Numbered from the stretch's first letter, positions 1 through 11,933 are shown. The stretch: 64,000 nt of DNA from Alphaproteobacteria bacterium (GCA_049652985.1 JBASFK010000004.1:251879-315878); one strand, 5' to 3'. The notes: a model not told the origin generated them from the sequence alone. Program-made: numbers and translations.

Positions 1-339
1 GTTGATGACGGCGGGATGGTCGGTGAATTCCGGCGTGCAGTTCACGAAGCCGCCGAGCTTGATGCAGCGCTTTATCTTTTTCCAGTCACCACCGACGGCT
101 TCATTGGCCCAGGCAAGGATATTGAGCGCGCAGGCCTTCGCGGCCTCGACGCCCTGCTCGGTGGTGAAATTGTCGCCCACGCGGCCGATATGCATTTTCT
201 GGCCGTTCAGAAAGGGGATCTGTCCCGCGATATACAGAAAATCGTCGTCTGCTATCAGGTACGGGACATAATTGGCCGCAGGGGGGGCGACCTTCGGCAG
301 CTCGTAACCAAGCTCTTTCAATTTTGCGCGAATATCCAT
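1..339 (-). CDS. RidA/YjgF-family protein; C-terminus cut by the window edge
   Basis: Not in the ORF track because it runs off the edge. Manual reverse-strand translation from the ATG at 339-337 gives MDIRAKLKELGYELPKVAPPAANYVPYLIADDDFLYIAGQIPF...KLGGFVNCTPEF, typical of RidA-family proteins. Confidence 0.75.
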   Translation of the reverse strand, partial: MDIRAKLKELGYELPKVAPPAANYVPYLIADDDFLYIAGQIPFLNGQKMHIGRVGDNFTTEQGVEAAKACALNILAWANEAVGGDWKKIKRCIKLGGFVNCTPEFTDHPAVIN

Positions 340-454
340 GACATACTCCTTTGTGCGGGGTCATTAAAGGGTCGCAAAAGCCCGTTGTAAAGTCCCTTGG
401 TAAAGCCCTGCCTGTCTGCCATAATGCCGCTCCGGACAAGCTGAAGGACCATGC

Positions 455-844
455 ATGGGACTTTTCAAAATGCTGGGGGTGCTCTCCCCGACTTACATGA
501 CTTTTTTCAAGATGACCGCCCGTGGTGAAAAAGTCGGCCAGGACCAGCTTGGGAACGTCTATTACCGCTCCGCCCCGCGTAAGGGCACGAAACGCGAGCG
601 CCGCTGGGTGATCTACAAGGGCGCGCCCGAGGCCAGTTCCATACCCCCCGAATGGCATGGCTGGATGCATCACCAGACCGACGCCGTCCCGGCCAACGAC
701 ACCGGTTTCCGCCGCGAATGGCAAAAACCCCATCAGCCTAATATGACCGGCACGACAGGCGCTTACCGCCCGCCCGGCCACGTCCTGGAAGGCGGGGAGC
801 GGGATAAGGCCACTGGCGATTACGAACCGTGGCGCCCGGAATAG
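455..844 (+). CDS. NADH:ubiquinone oxidoreductase subunit NDUFA12-like protein
   Basis: 129-aa ORF. GNVYYRS...RRWVIY...IPPEWHGWMHH matches the NDUFA12 family conserved in alphaproteobacteria. Confidence 0.85.
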   Translation: MGLFKMLGVLSPTYMTFFKMTARGEKVGQDQLGNVYYRSAPRKGTKRERRWVIYKGAPEASSIPPEWHGWMHHQTDAVPANDTGFRREWQKPHQPNMTGTTGAYRPPGHVLEGGERDKATGDYEPWRPE

Positions 845-931
845 ATAACCGAATAGATAAACCCCATTTACAGGGCCACGGGTTTCAGGCTAAATCCCTC
901 AGTTAAGTCCCTCATGGGAAAAGGATAAACG

Positions 932-1591
932 ATGAAGCGCAGCGCGATTGAAACACTTCTCGGGGCATTCGTCCTGGCCGTGGCCGGGTTCTTCCTCGTA
1001 TTCAGTTATCAAACCGCAAATGTCGGCAGCATGAACGGCTACACCGTGACGGCGGATTTCTCCGGCATCGGCGGCCTCAAGGCGGGCGACGATGTCGTGA
1101 TCAGCGGCGTCAAGGTCGGCACGGTGACGTCCGTCGAACTGATGCCCGAGAATTTCCTCGCGCGCGTTTACATGGACGTAGCCTCGGGTGTTGAACTGCC
1201 CGGTGACACGGCGGCGTTGATCAGCAGCGAAAGCCTGCTTGGCGGGCGCTATCTCGCGCTCGAGCCCGGCTCGGATGAAAACATGATCAAGGACGGCGGC
1301 CATATCCAGTTCACGCAGGCGCCGCAAAATCTTGAGCAGCTTCTCGGCCAGTTTATTTTCAGCGCCGGCAACAAGGATAAGGGCGGCACTTCCGCGTCGG
1401 AAGTGCCCGCGCCCATTTCACCACGCGTGGAAGACGCGCCGGAACGCGAAGAGGAGGAAGTTGAAATCCCGCACACGACTGTTCCCGAAGTGATGGAAGA
1501 GAATCCTGCTCCCGAGGTCGCGCCGCAGGAAGCCGCACCGCAAGACTCTCAACCTGAACCCGCAGCCGAATCCGAACCGGCTCACCCGTAA
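932..1591 (+). CDS. mlaD: MlaD (MCE-domain) outer-membrane lipid asymmetry protein with a Pro/Glu/Ala-rich C-terminal tail
   Basis: N-terminal TM helix followed by an MCE domain (GGLKAGDDVVISGVKVGTVTSVEL...ESLLGGRYLALEPG). Confidence 0.85.
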   Translation: MKRSAIETLLGAFVLAVAGFFLVFSYQTANVGSMNGYTVTADFSGIGGLKAGDDVVISGVKVGTVTSVELMPENFLARVYMDVASGVELPGDTAALISSESLLGGRYLALEPGSDENMIKDGGHIQFTQAPQNLEQLLGQFIFSAGNKDKGGTSASEVPAPISPRVEDAPEREEEEVEIPHTTVPEVMEENPAPEVAPQEAAPQDSQPEPAAESEPAHP

Positions 1592-1597
1592 GGCGAA

Positions 1598-2221
1598 ATG
1601 TGTTTCGCGAAATTTTTCTTTGCAGTTTTTTTATTGCTCCTGATTCCGGGCGGCGCGTCCGCGCGCGAGATGGAGAATTATCCTGTCGTGAAACTGCAAT
1701 CGCTCGACAAGGTGACGGCGCGCACCATGACCTTCGAAGCGAATGTCGGCAATACCGTAAAATTCGGCTCGCTCTTCATCAAAATCCAGGCCTGCGCCAA
1801 GGCACCGCCGGTTGAGCAGCCGGAATCTGCGGCTTTTCTGCAGATATGGGAGATGAAATCAACAAGCGAGAGCGACAGCGTTTCTGTGAAAGAGCAGCCG
1901 CCCAAGGAAGAAGCACAATGGATTTTCAGCGGCTGGATGTTCGCATCTTCACCTGCGTTGTCGCACATGGACCACCCGATTTACGACGTGTGGGTGCTCG
2001 ATTGCCTGAGCGCGAAGGGCGGCCAGAAGAAGGAAGATAAGAAAGAAGAGCCGAAAAAGGAAACGGAAGAACCCAAAGCGGGAGAGGATGCAGCCGCGCC
2101 TGCCGCTGAGAGTGAAGCGCCCGCTGCTGAAGCGCCTGCCCCTGAAGTACCTGAAGGCGAAACAGCCCCCGCTTCTGACGCGCCAATCGAAAGCGAACAA
2201 TTAAGCCCGCTGGGTGACTAG
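1598..2221 (+). CDS. DUF2155-domain secreted protein with an acidic low-complexity tail
   Basis: Signal peptide, then VVKLQSLDKVTARTMTFEANVGNTVKFGSLFIKIQAC. It has the usual alphaproteobacterial position next to mlaD and NDUFA12-like. Confidence 0.7.
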   Translation: MCFAKFFFAVFLLLLIPGGASAREMENYPVVKLQSLDKVTARTMTFEANVGNTVKFGSLFIKIQACAKAPPVEQPESAAFLQIWEMKSTSESDSVSVKEQPPKEEAQWIFSGWMFASSPALSHMDHPIYDVWVLDCLSAKGGQKKEDKKEEPKKETEEPKAGEDAAAPAAESEAPAAEAPAPEVPEGETAPASDAPIESEQLSPLGD

Positions 2222-2892
2222 TTATTCCCGTGCATTGCGAGATAATCTTCCATGATTATTTTCTGAGAAACGCCGGGCAGCAGGAAATCAGCTTCCTTCG
2301 CGAGCGCTTCATCCAGTTCTTTTTTATAAGCCTCGTGCGGCAATTCATACGCGCCAAACTGTTTCAGGTGCTCATTCACGAACTGCGTGTCGAACATCGC
2401 AAACCCGCCTTTCCACAGCCGTGCGGTCAGGTGCAGGAGCGCGACCTTGCTCGCATCCCGCGTGCGCGCGAACATGCTCTCGCCGAAAAATGCGCCGCCG
2501 ATGGCAAGGCCGTAAATGCCGCCGACCATTTTGTCATCTTTCCAGCATTCAAGGCTGTGCGCGTGGCCGCGACGGTGCAGTTCACAAAAGACTTTGAAGA
2601 TGGGCGCGTTTATCCATGTCTCGGGCCGCTTGGGCGTCGACTCGCCGCAGCCGTGCAGCACACCTTCAAAATCGGTATTGATCCGGATTTCAAAGGGTGC
2701 TTTTTCAATGGTTTTTTGCAGGCGGCGCGGAATATGGATGTTTTCAATCGAAAGCTGCCCGCGCATCTCGGGGCATATCCAGTGGATATACGGGCTGCCG
2801 GAATTATACGCCATGGGAAACAATCCCTGGCGGTAAGCCTCCATCAACAATTCGGGCGTCAGGATAAGCTGCATATATTGATTATAGAGCAA
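2218..2892 (-). CDS. aat: Leucyl/phenylalanyl-tRNA--protein transferase
   Basis: LTPELLMEAYRQGLFPM...GESMFAR...DTQFVNEHLKQFGA. Family-typical sequence across the full length. Confidence 0.9.
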   Translation of the reverse strand: MLYNQYMQLILTPELLMEAYRQGLFPMAYNSGSPYIHWICPEMRGQLSIENIHIPRRLQKTIEKAPFEIRINTDFEGVLHGCGESTPKRPETWINAPIFKVFCELHRRGHAHSLECWKDDKMVGGIYGLAIGGAFFGESMFARTRDASKVALLHLTARLWKGGFAMFDTQFVNEHLKQFGAYELPHEAYKKELDEALAKEADFLLPGVSQKIIMEDYLAMHGNN

Positions 2893-2923
2893 AAATCCAG
2901 TGAAGCGAAATGGCCCGAAATAA

Positions 2924-4273
2924 TTATGATTTCAGCTTTTCTTTCAGCTTTTTCTCGAGCCAGTGGATCGTGTAATCGCCCGAGATGAATTCGGGCTGCT
3001 CGGTGATCCAGTAATGAAGCGGCAAAGTCGTTTTCACGCCTTCTACAACAGTTTCGCGGATCGCGCGGCGCAGGCGGCGAATACATTCCTCACGGTCGCG
3101 GCCATGCACGATCAGCTTGCCGATCATGGAATCGTAATGCGGCGGGATTGTATAGCCGGTATAGACGGCGGAATCGAAGCGCACGCCGAGGCCGCCCGCC
3201 GCGTGGAACTGCGTGATCTTGCCGGGCGAGGGCGCGAAAGTGTCGGGGTCTTCGGCGTTGATGCGTATTTCAATCGCGTGACCTCTAAAACGAATCCGGT
3301 CGGTCTGGATGCTTAAGGGCTGGCCCGCGGCGACGCGGATCTGTTCGGCGATGAGGTCGATACCCGTGATCATTTCCGTGACCGGGTGCTCGACCTGGAT
3401 ACGCGTATTCATTTCCATGAAATAGAATTCACCGTTTTCATACAGGAATTCGATGGTGCCCGCGCCGCGATAGCCAAGTTTACGGATGGTTTCAGCGGCG
3501 AGGCTGCCGATTTTGTTACGTAATTCTTCGTTCAGAGCCGGTGAGGGGCCTTCCTCGATTAATTTTTGATGGCGGCGCTGGATCGAGCAGTCGCGCTCCC
3601 CTAAATGGATGGCGTTGCCATGCGTGTCGCCGAAAACCTGGATTTCAATATGGCGTGGGTTGGTCAGGTATTTTTCAAGATAGACAGTGTCATCGCCGAA
3701 ATTCGCTTTCGCTTCCGCGCTGGCGCGGGCGAGGCACTCTTTAAAATCTTTTTCCTCATGCACGACCTGCATGCCTTTGCCGCCGCCGCCGCTGGCCGCC
3801 TTGATCAGAACCGGGAAGCCCATTTTTTTCGCGATCACCAATCCTTCATCGGCGTTTTTGACCGCGCCGTCGGAGCCGGGAACGACGGGGAGGCCAAGCT
3901 CCTTAACCGTTTTTTTGGCCTGGACTTTGTCGCCCATCATCTCGATGTGTTCGGGCGCGGGACCGATGAAGGTGAAACCGTGCTCCTCGACGATGCGCGC
4001 GAACTGAGCGTTTTCCGAGAGAAAGCCGTAGCCGGGATGGATGGCGTCGGCGCCGGTCAGCGCGGCGGCGCTCAGGATGGCAGGAATATTCAGGTAACTG
4101 TCGCGCGCGGCGGGCGGGCCGATGCAGACGGTTTCGTCGGCAAGGCGCACGGCCATCGCATTGGCGTCGGCGGTGGAATGCACGACGACGCTCTGAATGT
4201 TCATCTCGCGGCAGGCGCGAATGATACGCAGGGCTATTTCACCGCGGTTCGCTATGAGAACTTTTTTAAACAT
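2924..4273 (-). CDS. accC: Acetyl-CoA carboxylase biotin carboxylase subunit
   Basis: 449 aa. [24 protein letters not shown]..., ATP-grasp motifs, [15 protein letters not shown]. Confidence 0.97.
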   Translation of the reverse strand: MFKKVLIANRGEIALRIIRACREMNIQSVVVHSTADANAMAVRLADETVCIGPPAARDSYLNIPAILSAAALTGADAIHPGYGFLSENAQFARIVEEHGFTFIGPAPEHIEMMGDKVQAKKTVKELGLPVVPGSDGAVKNADEGLVIAKKMGFPVLIKAASGGGGKGMQVVHEEKDFKECLARASAEAKANFGDDTVYLEKYLTNPRHIEIQVFGDTHGNAIHLGERDCSIQRRHQKLIEEGPSPALNEELRNKIGSLAAETIRKLGYRGAGTIEFLYENGEFYFMEMNTRIQVEHPVTEMITGIDLIAEQIRVAAGQPLSIQTDRIRFRGHAIEIRINAEDPDTFAPSPGKITQFHAAGGLGVRFDSAVYTGYTIPPHYDSMIGKLIVHGRDREECIRRLRRAIRETVVEGVKTTLPLHYWITEQPEFISGDYTIHWLEKKLKEKLKS

Positions 4274-4281
4274 TGGAATGG

Positions 4282-4737
4282 TTACTCGATGACCATGAGA
4301 ACGTCGCCGTATTCAACCGGCTTGGCGTTATCGATCATGATGTGGGTGATGGTTCCGCCTTTTTCAGCCTTGATCGGGTTCATGACTTTCATGGCCTCGA
4401 TGATCAGCAGCGTATCGCCAGCTTTTACCGTATCACCTTTTTTGACGAACGGCGCGGCGTCGGGGCTCGACTTGAGATAGGCGGTGCCGACCATTGGTGA
4501 AGTCACGGCGCCAGGGTGCGTATGGGCGATCGTGTCCGGCGCACTCATGTTCGCGGCCTGCGGCAGGGTCGGGTCCGAAGGCATGCTATGTGCGGACGCA
4601 CCACCGGAAGAAACCACGGCTGTGGCTCCCTTGCTGACGCGGATGACCTTGTCGCCTTCCGCCACTTCGATTTCGGTGAGACCTGTCTGCTCCAGCAGCT
4701 TGGCCAGTTCCTTGATAGTCTTGGGATCGATTTTCAT
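4282..4737 (-). CDS. accB: Acetyl-CoA carboxylase biotin carboxyl carrier protein
   Basis: C-terminal biotinyl domain with the EAMKVMN motif. I chose the start at the internal ATG (4737, [11 protein letters not shown]) rather than the ORF-track start at 4788. Confidence 0.92.
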   Translation of the reverse strand: MKIDPKTIKELAKLLEQTGLTEIEVAEGDKVIRVSKGATAVVSSGGASAHSMPSDPTLPQAANMSAPDTIAHTHPGAVTSPMVGTAYLKSSPDAAPFVKKGDTVKAGDTLLIIEAMKVMNPIKAEKGGTITHIMIDNAKPVEYGDVLMVIE

Positions 4738-4830
4738 GAAGCTCTTTTTGCCAATTCTTTTTTGGGGACCCTCTAAAACAGACCCCATTGCTTACAGGAC
4801 TTGACAGAAAAAGTCAAAGCTCAAGCAAAA

Positions 4831-5286
4831 TCAACGGCTTAGGAGAGAGGATATTTTTTCAAGGGCCATTTCGTAACCCTTTTCCTTATGGCCCGCGATG
4901 ATATGTTTCGTCACCAGGCCGACATAGGAAAAGCGGCGGAATTTTTCGCGCTTCCGGGGGTTCGACAGGTGGACCTCGATGATCGGGATGGAAAGCAACC
5001 GCAGTGCATCATGAATGGCGATGGATGTATGCGTATAAGCCGCGGCGTTAATGATAAGACCGTCGAAAATCTTTCCCTTTGTTTGTCCTTGGGCCGCTTC
5101 CTGGATCCAGTCGACCAGTTCGCCTTCATGGTTCGACTGGCGGAAATCGACCGCCATACCGAGCGCGCGGACCTTTTGCTCGCACAGCGTTTTGATGTCA
5201 TCAAGCGTCGCGCGACCGTAGATTTCGGGCTCACGCGTGCCGAGCATGTTGAGATTGGGACCATTGAGGATCAGGATTTTTTTCAT
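4831..5286 (-). CDS. aroQ: Type II 3-dehydroquinate dehydratase
   Basis: ILILNGPNLNMLGTREPEIYG...HLSNPRKRE. Classical aroQ-accB-accC arrangement. Confidence 0.95.
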   Translation of the reverse strand: MKKILILNGPNLNMLGTREPEIYGRATLDDIKTLCEQKVRALGMAVDFRQSNHEGELVDWIQEAAQGQTKGKIFDGLIINAAAYTHTSIAIHDALRLLSIPIIEVHLSNPRKREKFRRFSYVGLVTKHIIAGHKEKGYEMALEKISSLLSR

Positions 5287-5885
5287 GGGCCGCGCGCCTC
5301 CGCAAAAAGTTTCAGAAAATCATCGACGCTCGGAGCGGTTTCCGGCTCGTACCTGATGCTATGCCCGATTAAAAACGTGGGCACGGATTTTCCGCCGAGG
5401 ATCGAAAAGGTCCGGTAGCTTTTGTCGATGAGCTTGGCGGTGAGCGGTTCTTCGAGCCCCGCCCGCAATGTGGCCTCGTCAATGCCGAGCGCAAGGCCGA
5501 CATCGGCGATATCCTTTTCTTCGACCTTGTAATCGTTCGTCATGAAATAACGGTAGGCCTCTTTGTATTTACCCTGCAGGCCGGCGGAATAAGTGAGCTT
5601 CATGGCGAATTCCGCGGGCGTTTCCGAAGAGATCGGCAGCGGGGAATAGCGCACGCCGCCGTCCTTTTCCATCGCCTGCATCATCGCCGCGTCCGCGGCC
5701 CGGCAGGGCGCACAGTCATAATCCACGAAAGCGACCACATGCAGCCCGGCATCCGCAGGGCCGAATGTGAAGCTGGCCGGCGCCTGATCGAGACTGCCGC
5801 GGATCATGGCGAGTGAGTATATCGCGTAAATAAGAAGCGCGACGGAAACGAAAAGAACGAAGTAAAACAGCCGCCAGACGATCAT
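5283..5885 (-). CDS. Thioredoxin-fold (DsbA-like) membrane-anchored protein
   Basis: N-terminal TM helix; CxxC motif (DYDCAPCR). Confidence 0.65.
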   Translation of the reverse strand: MIVWRLFYFVLFVSVALLIYAIYSLAMIRGSLDQAPASFTFGPADAGLHVVAFVDYDCAPCRAADAAMMQAMEKDGGVRYSPLPISSETPAEFAMKLTYSAGLQGKYKEAYRYFMTNDYKVEEKDIADVGLALGIDEATLRAGLEEPLTAKLIDKSYRTFSILGGKSVPTFLIGHSIRYEPETAPSVDDFLKLFAEARGP

Positions 5886-5922
5886 GTGTCCTCAACAATT
5901 ACCTTTCGGCTGCTTTGACGCG

Positions 5923-6702
5923 TCAGCTTTTCTTGGCTGCGCGCGCTTCGTCGATGGCTTTCTTCAGGCCGTCCTCGCCGAGATAACCGGGGAAGAGCTG
6001 GCCCTCGATGACGAAGCCCGGAGTGCCTTGGACACCGATTTCACGGGCGACCGTGATACCTTTGTCGATTTCCCGACCGATCTCTTCAGACTGAATGTCT
6101 TTCTTAGCTTTTTCGAGGTCGAGGCCTGCCTTTTTAGCGGCATCTTCCAGCACGGCGTCTTCGATGGCGCCGTTATGCTCCATCAGGATTTTGTGGAACT
6201 CGAAATATTTTCCCTGCTTGTGCGCGGCATGCGCCCATAACGCCGCTGTCAGCGACGTAGGGCCGAGGATCGGCATCTCGATGAAAACGAAACGCACGTT
6301 CTTGTCGGTTTCGAGAATATGGTTGATATCGGTGATCGCTTTTTTGCAGTAGCCGCAATTATAGTCGAAAAATTCAACGACCGTGATATCGCCATTCGGA
6401 TTGCCCGCGCTCGGCATGTCTTTGCCTGCGAGGTAATCTTTGTACTGCACGATTTTTTCCTGCGCGGCCAGCAGGGACTCGCGCTGCTGTTTCTCCTGGA
6501 ACATTTTGAAGGATTCAACGACGACCTCGGGGTTCTCGCGCATATAGTCCTTGATGAGCTGGCGGACTTCGGCTTTTTCCGTTTCGTTCAGGCCCGGGCC
6601 GCTTTCGGCGCGTGCGAACGCGGTGAAGTTCATGATCAGCGCGGCCATGACAAGCGCTATGGCAGGCAGGGCGCAGAGAAGTTTCTTGGTCGTTGAAAGC
6701 AC
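5923..6702 (-). CDS. DsbA-family thiol:disulfide oxidoreductase (periplasmic)
   Basis: Signal peptide; FFDYNCGYCKK CxxC motif; DsbA-like C-terminal half. Confidence 0.8.
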   Translation of the reverse strand: MLSTTKKLLCALPAIALVMAALIMNFTAFARAESGPGLNETEKAEVRQLIKDYMRENPEVVVESFKMFQEKQQRESLLAAQEKIVQYKDYLAGKDMPSAGNPNGDITVVEFFDYNCGYCKKAITDINHILETDKNVRFVFIEMPILGPTSLTAALWAHAAHKQGKYFEFHKILMEHNGAIEDAVLEDAAKKAGLDLEKAKKDIQSEEIGREIDKGITVAREIGVQGTPGFVIEGQLFPGYLGEDGLKKAIDEARAAKKS

Positions 6703-6761
6703 GGGGACGGCTCCTTGGTTAAGATTTCACCACACAACTATAATCATGTTAGCATTTTTGG

Positions 6762-8123
6762 CTAGTCATCTTCATCATCTATTGTCTCAATGTGGGCCAG
6801 AATATCCTTGGCCTTGAGCCATTCACGGCTGTTTGCGGGCGCATTTTTCAGAACAGATTCCGCCTGGTTGCGAGCATAGGGTATCTCCCTCTGCAAAACC
6901 GCTTCCTCGGAGAGGTTGAGCCGCGCCATATTCTCGTTGCCCAGCTTGCCGTAAGCAGTGGCCAGCAACCTGAATATACGGCTCGAGCGCGGCTCGTCCT
7001 GCTGGGCCCGCTCGAGATTTTCAATGGCTTCCTGCTCATGGCCGGATTCAAGCAGGGCATGCCCGAGGGCAAGCCGGATCAGCCCGGCATCAGGTAGCTT
7101 GGTGGCGGCCGCGCGGTAATAGGGAATGGCCTCCTTGACCCGACCGAAATCCATCAGCATCTGGCCTTTGAGTTCCTGGAAATAAGGGTTGCCGGGTTCC
7201 GCGGCGATGAGCTTGTCCGCGCCTTTAAGGGCAAGATCCACCTCGCGGTTGCGGTAGGCGGCGATGGCCTTGGCATAAAGGGCAGGAACGGAAACGTCGC
7301 GGTCGCCGTAAATCCACGGAATTTTCGTCGGCGAGATGAATCCGGTCAGCTTCGCCAGCATTCTTTTGTGCTGCTCCGTCCATGCGGCGGGCAGCGGCGC
7401 ATCAATATATGGCGATTGTTCCGCGCGCTGGCGCACGGCGTCGATCCGGTCGCGCGTGAGCGGGTGGGTGCGCATATATTCGCTCTGCTGGTCCATCGGC
7501 AAAAGCTCTTCCGATTCAAGCTTCTCGAAGAATGTCTCGATGCCCCGGGGATTGAGATGCGCGGTTTCAAAAAAGCGCAGCGCTGCCTGGTCGGCGCTGG
7601 ATTCCTGCACACGGGTATGTGCGAGATAACCGCGCAGCGCCATGCTGCTGCTGCCCGCGGAAATGGTCGAGGCCGCGCCGCTTTCCCCCGTCGCCACAGC
7701 GATGCCGACGCCCAGCACCATGCCGAGAATGCTCTCGTACGATGCGCGCTCCATCGCCGTGCGCGCCGCGATCAGGTGTCCGCCGGAAATGTGGCCGAGC
7801 TCGTGCCCCATCACGCCGATGATCTCGCCCGCATTCTCGGTTCTCTCGATGAGGCCGGTATAAAGGAAGATGTTCGCGCCGCCAGCGACGAAGGCGTTGA
7901 TCTCGGGACTCTGGACGATGATGAGGTTGACGCTGTTTTTATCCATGCCTGCCGCCTGTAGCAGCGGCGCCAGCCATTCCTTGAGCGTATCCTCGATCTC
8001 GGTGTCGCGGATGATGATGGGAGGCGGGGCCGCCCGGGCGAAATCAGCCAGCCCCGTGCACAAGGCCAGCGAAAGAAAGAGACTATGCAAAAACAGTTTC
8101 AGGCGCGGTCTTTTATATGCCAT
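6762..8123 (-). CDS. M48-family zinc metalloprotease with C-terminal TPR repeats
   Basis: HELGHISGGH (HExxH) plus a TPR-like C-terminus. Start chosen at MAYKRPRLKL (ATG 8123). Confidence 0.85.
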   Translation of the reverse strand: MAYKRPRLKLFLHSLFLSLALCTGLADFARAAPPPIIIRDTEIEDTLKEWLAPLLQAAGMDKNSVNLIIVQSPEINAFVAGGANIFLYTGLIERTENAGEIIGVMGHELGHISGGHLIAARTAMERASYESILGMVLGVGIAVATGESGAASTISAGSSSMALRGYLAHTRVQESSADQAALRFFETAHLNPRGIETFFEKLESEELLPMDQQSEYMRTHPLTRDRIDAVRQRAEQSPYIDAPLPAAWTEQHKRMLAKLTGFISPTKIPWIYGDRDVSVPALYAKAIAAYRNREVDLALKGADKLIAAEPGNPYFQELKGQMLMDFGRVKEAIPYYRAAATKLPDAGLIRLALGHALLESGHEQEAIENLERAQQDEPRSSRIFRLLATAYGKLGNENMARLNLSEEAVLQREIPYARNQAESVLKNAPANSREWLKAKDILAHIETIDDEDD

Positions 8124-8197
8124 TATTTCCCTGTATTCATTGCTAGTTTTCCGGGATATTCCGGTCCACAGCATAGCCTCAAAGAATGAAATAGCAT

Positions 8198-8542
8198 ATG
8201 AAATTCGTTCTTCAATGGATCGACGTCGCCTGGCTGGTTCTCGCGCTTGTAGCAGCGCGCAAGGACCAGCGGCTCTGGGTTCTCGCTTTTTTCGCCGCCA
8301 GCATGGTGATGATGCGCATGCTGGTGGAACTGATGGGGTATATTGGCTATCCCGGCGGTATTACAGGCCTGATCGATATGCCGGTTCAGACGCGCGCGAT
8401 GCTGATCTACGGTTTGTTTTATATCGCCTACATTGCATTTTTTTATTATTCGCCGAGCGCGAAAGGAACATTACTTATGGCCGGGTCGATCGGATTTTTC
8501 TTCGCGGCGTTTTTCACAACAGCGGTTATCATGATCCCCTGA
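8198..8542 (+). CDS. Small polytopic membrane protein, unknown function
   Basis: 114-aa ORF with 3-4 hydrophobic segments. No family recognised. Confidence 0.5.
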   Translation: MKFVLQWIDVAWLVLALVAARKDQRLWVLAFFAASMVMMRMLVELMGYIGYPGGITGLIDMPVQTRAMLIYGLFYIAYIAFFYYSPSAKGTLLMAGSIGFFFAAFFTTAVIMIP

Positions 8543-8543
8543 C

Positions 8544-9197
8544 ATGTCCAGAAACAAAAAAAAATCGCGGGTCAAGACGGCAAAGAAGAGAAAAACCTCT
8601 TCGACGCGCTGGCTTGAGCGGCAACTGAATGACCCTTACGTCGACAAGGCGAAGACGGATGGCTACCGCAGCAGGGCCGCGTATAAAATTCTGGAGATCG
8701 ACGACAGAATCAAATTGCTGAAACGCGGAATGAAAGTGGTCGATCTCGGCTCGGCACCCGGCGGCTGGTCGCAGGTTGCCGCGCATAAGGGATGCACCGT
8801 CATCGCCATTGATCTGCTGGAGGTCGGTGAGATTCCCGGCGTCGATTTCCTGCAGATGGATTTCATGGATGACGCCGCGCCGGATAAATTAAAGGCGATG
8901 CTCGGCGGCCCTGCGGATGCTGTGCTCTCGGATATGGCACCCAACACGATGGGTCATAAATCGACGGATCATATCCGCATCATGGCGGTGGTCGAGGCGG
9001 CCTATTATTTCGCGAAAGAGGTTTTGAAACCGGGCGGCACGTTTGTCGCCAAAGTGTTCCAGGGCGGCGCGCAGAATACGATACTGGCCGAGATGAAAAA
9101 GGATTTCAAAACCGTGAAGCACATCAAGCCGCCCGCCAGCCGGAAAGAAAGCTCGGAACAATATCTCGTGGCTATCGGATTTAGAGGCGACAATTAG
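8544..9197 (+). CDS. rlmE: 23S rRNA (uridine-2'-O)-methyltransferase RlmE/FtsJ
   Basis: RSRAAYKILEIDDRIKLL...VVDLGSAPGGWSQV...DMAPNTMGH. Confidence 0.93.
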   Translation: MSRNKKKSRVKTAKKRKTSSTRWLERQLNDPYVDKAKTDGYRSRAAYKILEIDDRIKLLKRGMKVVDLGSAPGGWSQVAAHKGCTVIAIDLLEVGEIPGVDFLQMDFMDDAAPDKLKAMLGGPADAVLSDMAPNTMGHKSTDHIRIMAVVEAAYYFAKEVLKPGGTFVAKVFQGGAQNTILAEMKKDFKTVKHIKPPASRKESSEQYLVAIGFRGDN

Positions 9198-9817
9198 CTG
9201 GGAATATTCTCCGGCGCTTCAGGAGCATTGCCGCTTTTTCTGGCTTGCTGATGTGCTGCGGTTTTACCGATTTGCTGCCGGGCCGTATTTACGAGAGGCT
9301 GTTTCTCAGAGCTCAGTGCGATGTAAAGATCATGGCATCCGTCTCTGGTCGGGTCAGTCAAAGAAATTTGCGATATAATTTGTGTCGGGCTCAGGATGGC
9401 ATGCAGTTTTTTCCATGCCGGCAGCTGATGCAGGAAATCGTAATACCATAGAGGGTGGCGTTTATCGATTGTGAAATCGATTGTCGCGTTGGGGTCCTTC
9501 CTGAGAAGTTCCAGGCCCTCCTCACCGAACATGTATTTTATGCATTCTTTAAATTCGTCTGGTTTATGTTGGCGGATATAATCTATGTAATCGTTCCCTA
9601 TATCGTGCAAAAACGCCGTCGTGGGCCGGGGACCGAGGAGAACGCCGATTTGCAGCGTAAACGGATCATACCGCGTTCCTTGGACAATGCAGCCGATCGG
9701 GTCTTTGACAATGTCCATCAAGCCGGCGTTCATGTTTGATAAAAACTTGAAATGTCCTTTGGCCGGTATTTTTTTTCCGGCTCGTATTACATCGAATGAT
9801 AAACGCAGTGGCAGCAC
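9194..9817 (-). CDS. Hypothetical protein (orphan, visibly lower G+C than its neighbours)
   Basis: 207-aa ORF between rlmE and guaB. No motif recognised. Its stop overlaps the rlmE stop (TTAG). Confidence 0.5.
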   Translation of the reverse strand: MLPLRLSFDVIRAGKKIPAKGHFKFLSNMNAGLMDIVKDPIGCIVQGTRYDPFTLQIGVLLGPRPTTAFLHDIGNDYIDYIRQHKPDEFKECIKYMFGEEGLELLRKDPNATIDFTIDKRHPLWYYDFLHQLPAWKKLHAILSPTQIISQISLTDPTRDGCHDLYIALSSEKQPLVNTARQQIGKTAAHQQARKSGNAPEAPENIPS

Positions 9818-9871
9818 GTTTTTTTCCTATGACAGCTTAAGATTTCCATATATAGACATTAAAACAATTGA

Positions 9872-11455
<1,584 letters not shown>

Positions 11456-11584
11456 TTCCCATAAATCGTACGTAAATCCCAAAAATATTTTCAATTCGAC
11501 ATCTTGCGAAACGTACAGGAAATGAATAATGATTCAGGTCGTGCGGCAATGGTGCTGCATTTTATTTTCAAGGACAGAAAAACT

Positions 11585-11914
11585 ATGAAACGCATTCTCG
11601 CTCTCTTTGCAGCTGCTTTTATCGCAGCCGCACCGTTCGCCGCTATGGCGGAAGACGCCCACGCTCCAGCAGCCGACGCTCCGGCAGCTGAAGCCGTTGC
11701 TCCGGTCGAACACACGCTTGCCGACGGCACGAAAATTGTTGTCGAAGGCGATGCAGTGTCTGTCGTTGCCGCTGACGGCACGAAGACGCCTGCTCCGGAC
11801 GGCGAACACACCCTGGCCGATGGCACGAAGCTGACGACGGCTGCTGGTAAAGTTGTTCCCGGCACCCCTGCCGAACAAGACGTCGAAGTAAAGACGGAAG
11901 AAACCGCTCACTAA
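11585..11914 (+). CDS. Small secreted protein with an internal EHTLADGTK duplication
   Basis: Signal peptide MKRILALFAAAFIAAAPFAAMA. EHTLADGTK occurs twice. Followed by a terminator. Confidence 0.6.
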   Translation: MKRILALFAAAFIAAAPFAAMAEDAHAPAADAPAAEAVAPVEHTLADGTKIVVEGDAVSVVAADGTKTPAPDGEHTLADGTKLTTAAGKVVPGTPAEQDVEVKTEETAH

Positions 11915-11933
11915 TCTGAGCAGTTCCAGATTA

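Noticed and set aside
101-781. 226-aa minus-strand ORF spanning the ridA / NDUFA12-like region
   Set aside because: It overlaps two well-supported genes on both strands (RidA-like 1-339, NDUFA12-like 455-844) and has Arg/Gly/Ala-rich shadow-ORF composition typical of the antisense frame in G+C-rich DNA.
4738-4788. Upstream 17-codon extension of accB
   Set aside because: The internal ATG at 4737 gives the family-typical N-terminus ([11 protein letters not shown]...). The extension has no support.
11690-11830. DNA tandem repeat underlying the EHTLADGTK duplication
   Set aside because: There are only two diverged copies within one small secreted-protein gene. This is an intragenic duplication, not a repeat array or CRISPR-like structure.
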